The notes below the pieces were generated by a model. It saw only the letters and a program-made list of their open reading frames with translations, was not told the origin of the DNA and made no database searches. The position numbers were made by a program, and so were the translations under genes. A stretch of DNA of 14,070 bases. Source: Candidatus Methylomirabilis limnetica. GTDB lineage: Bacteria > Methylomirabilota > Methylomirabilia > Methylomirabilales > Methylomirabilaceae. Below are positions 13,562 through 14,070 of this stretch, in pieces (positions within the stretch are counted from its first letter, which is position 1; every line of letters starts with the position of its first letter). The stretch lies in the NCBI RefSeq assembly GCF_003044035.1, contig NZ_NVQC01000006.1, positions 1 to 14,070 on the forward strand, in the 5' to 3' direction.

Positions 13562-13863
13562 CAATGTCCGTAAATAGAACTCTGCAAGTCACTCATAACA
13601 ATAGGTATATTAGATTATAGCGAGTGAAATGTCCATAGGCATGTCCGTCAAGTCTCAAACAATCGGAGCCTAGCCCCATCCCATGCGTCCCCGCTACCGC
13701 TCGACATCCTGAGAGCGAGCTCCTCTAGGAGCTCAGTGAGAAATCTCCATGCCGTTCAGGCTCAGGGCCACAGCGGGATGATCGCGCCCAACCGCTTCCT
13801 GGGCGAACGCCCAGGACAGCACGCCAATGTATTGCGCCGCAGCTCGGCAGATCCATTTCCATG

Positions 13864-14070
13864 TTAGACGTTACCGCTTGTACGGCGGCGCCACAAGCGC
13901 CTGTATGTCGCCGCGTTGAGGATCAGAACCAGCGTCCCGAGAACCACCTGCACCGGCCGGGTCAGGTTCTGCGGGTAGAGGACTGGCAGCAGATAGTGCT
14001 CGATGAAGCCGCCCGCGTACCCCGCCTGGCCACCCAGTTGGCGGAACCGAATCTCAAGAGGGGTGAGCGG
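13864..14070 (-). CDS. 3' end of an unidentified ORF (68 codons plus stop); hydrophobic stretch then a basic tail, possibly a membrane protein
   Basis: My translation of the minus strand from the window edge is PLTPLEIRFRQLGGQAGYAGGFIEHYLLPVLYPQNLTRPVQVVLGTLVLILNAATYRRLWRRRTSGNV-stop (TAA at 13864-13866). I did not recognise a family. Confidence 0.3.
   Translation of the reverse strand, partial: PLTPLEIRFRQLGGQAGYAGGFIEHYLLPVLYPQNLTRPVQVVLGTLVLILNAATYRRLWRRRTSGNV

Noticed and set aside
13650-13863. tRNA or att site marking the right island border, and hairpins at 13717-13734 and 13798-13815 as terminators
   Set aside because: I could not find a tRNA-like T-arm or acceptor pattern. Both hairpins lack a following T-run on either strand, so they are not supportable as intrinsic terminators.

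Overview
High-GC accessory (defence and toxin-antitoxin) region in which every gene I can support lies on the minus strand. Hand counts on sampled 60-nt lines give about 57-65% GC in the large genes. Layout, left to right:
- Left edge: the 5' part of an IS21-family istA transposase, which runs off the window.
- 686-7884: a complete type I restriction-modification operon (hsdM, hsdS, hsdR) with three guest modules inside it. These are a HEPN/MNT pair between hsdM and hsdS, a four-helix-bundle (23S-rRNA-IVS / Avd-like) ORF tightly bracketed by inverted repeats after hsdS, and a RhuM-family gene translationally coupled to hsdR.
- 7934-9800: a repeat- and hairpin-dense zone. It holds an AT-rich BrnT/antitoxin cassette bounded by 71-nt direct repeats, a 95-nt attC-like imperfect palindrome, a frameshifted HTH antitoxin-like pseudogene, a MITE-like structured repeat, and a 23-codon remnant of an integron-type tyrosine recombinase C-terminus.
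- 9797-13561: a small unknown CGCC protein, a short HigA-like HTH ORF, a class II Fic protein, MazE/MazF, and a second class II Fic protein.
- Right edge: the 3' end of an unidentified ORF.
No rRNA, tRNA or CRISPR array was seen. All protein families here are known. What looks unusual is the architecture: guest genes nested in the RM operon, an IVS-like cassette outside rRNA, and one repeat family sitting just 5' of three consecutive modules, as in a decayed integron or CALIN array. All homology statements come from my recollection of family motifs, not from searches.
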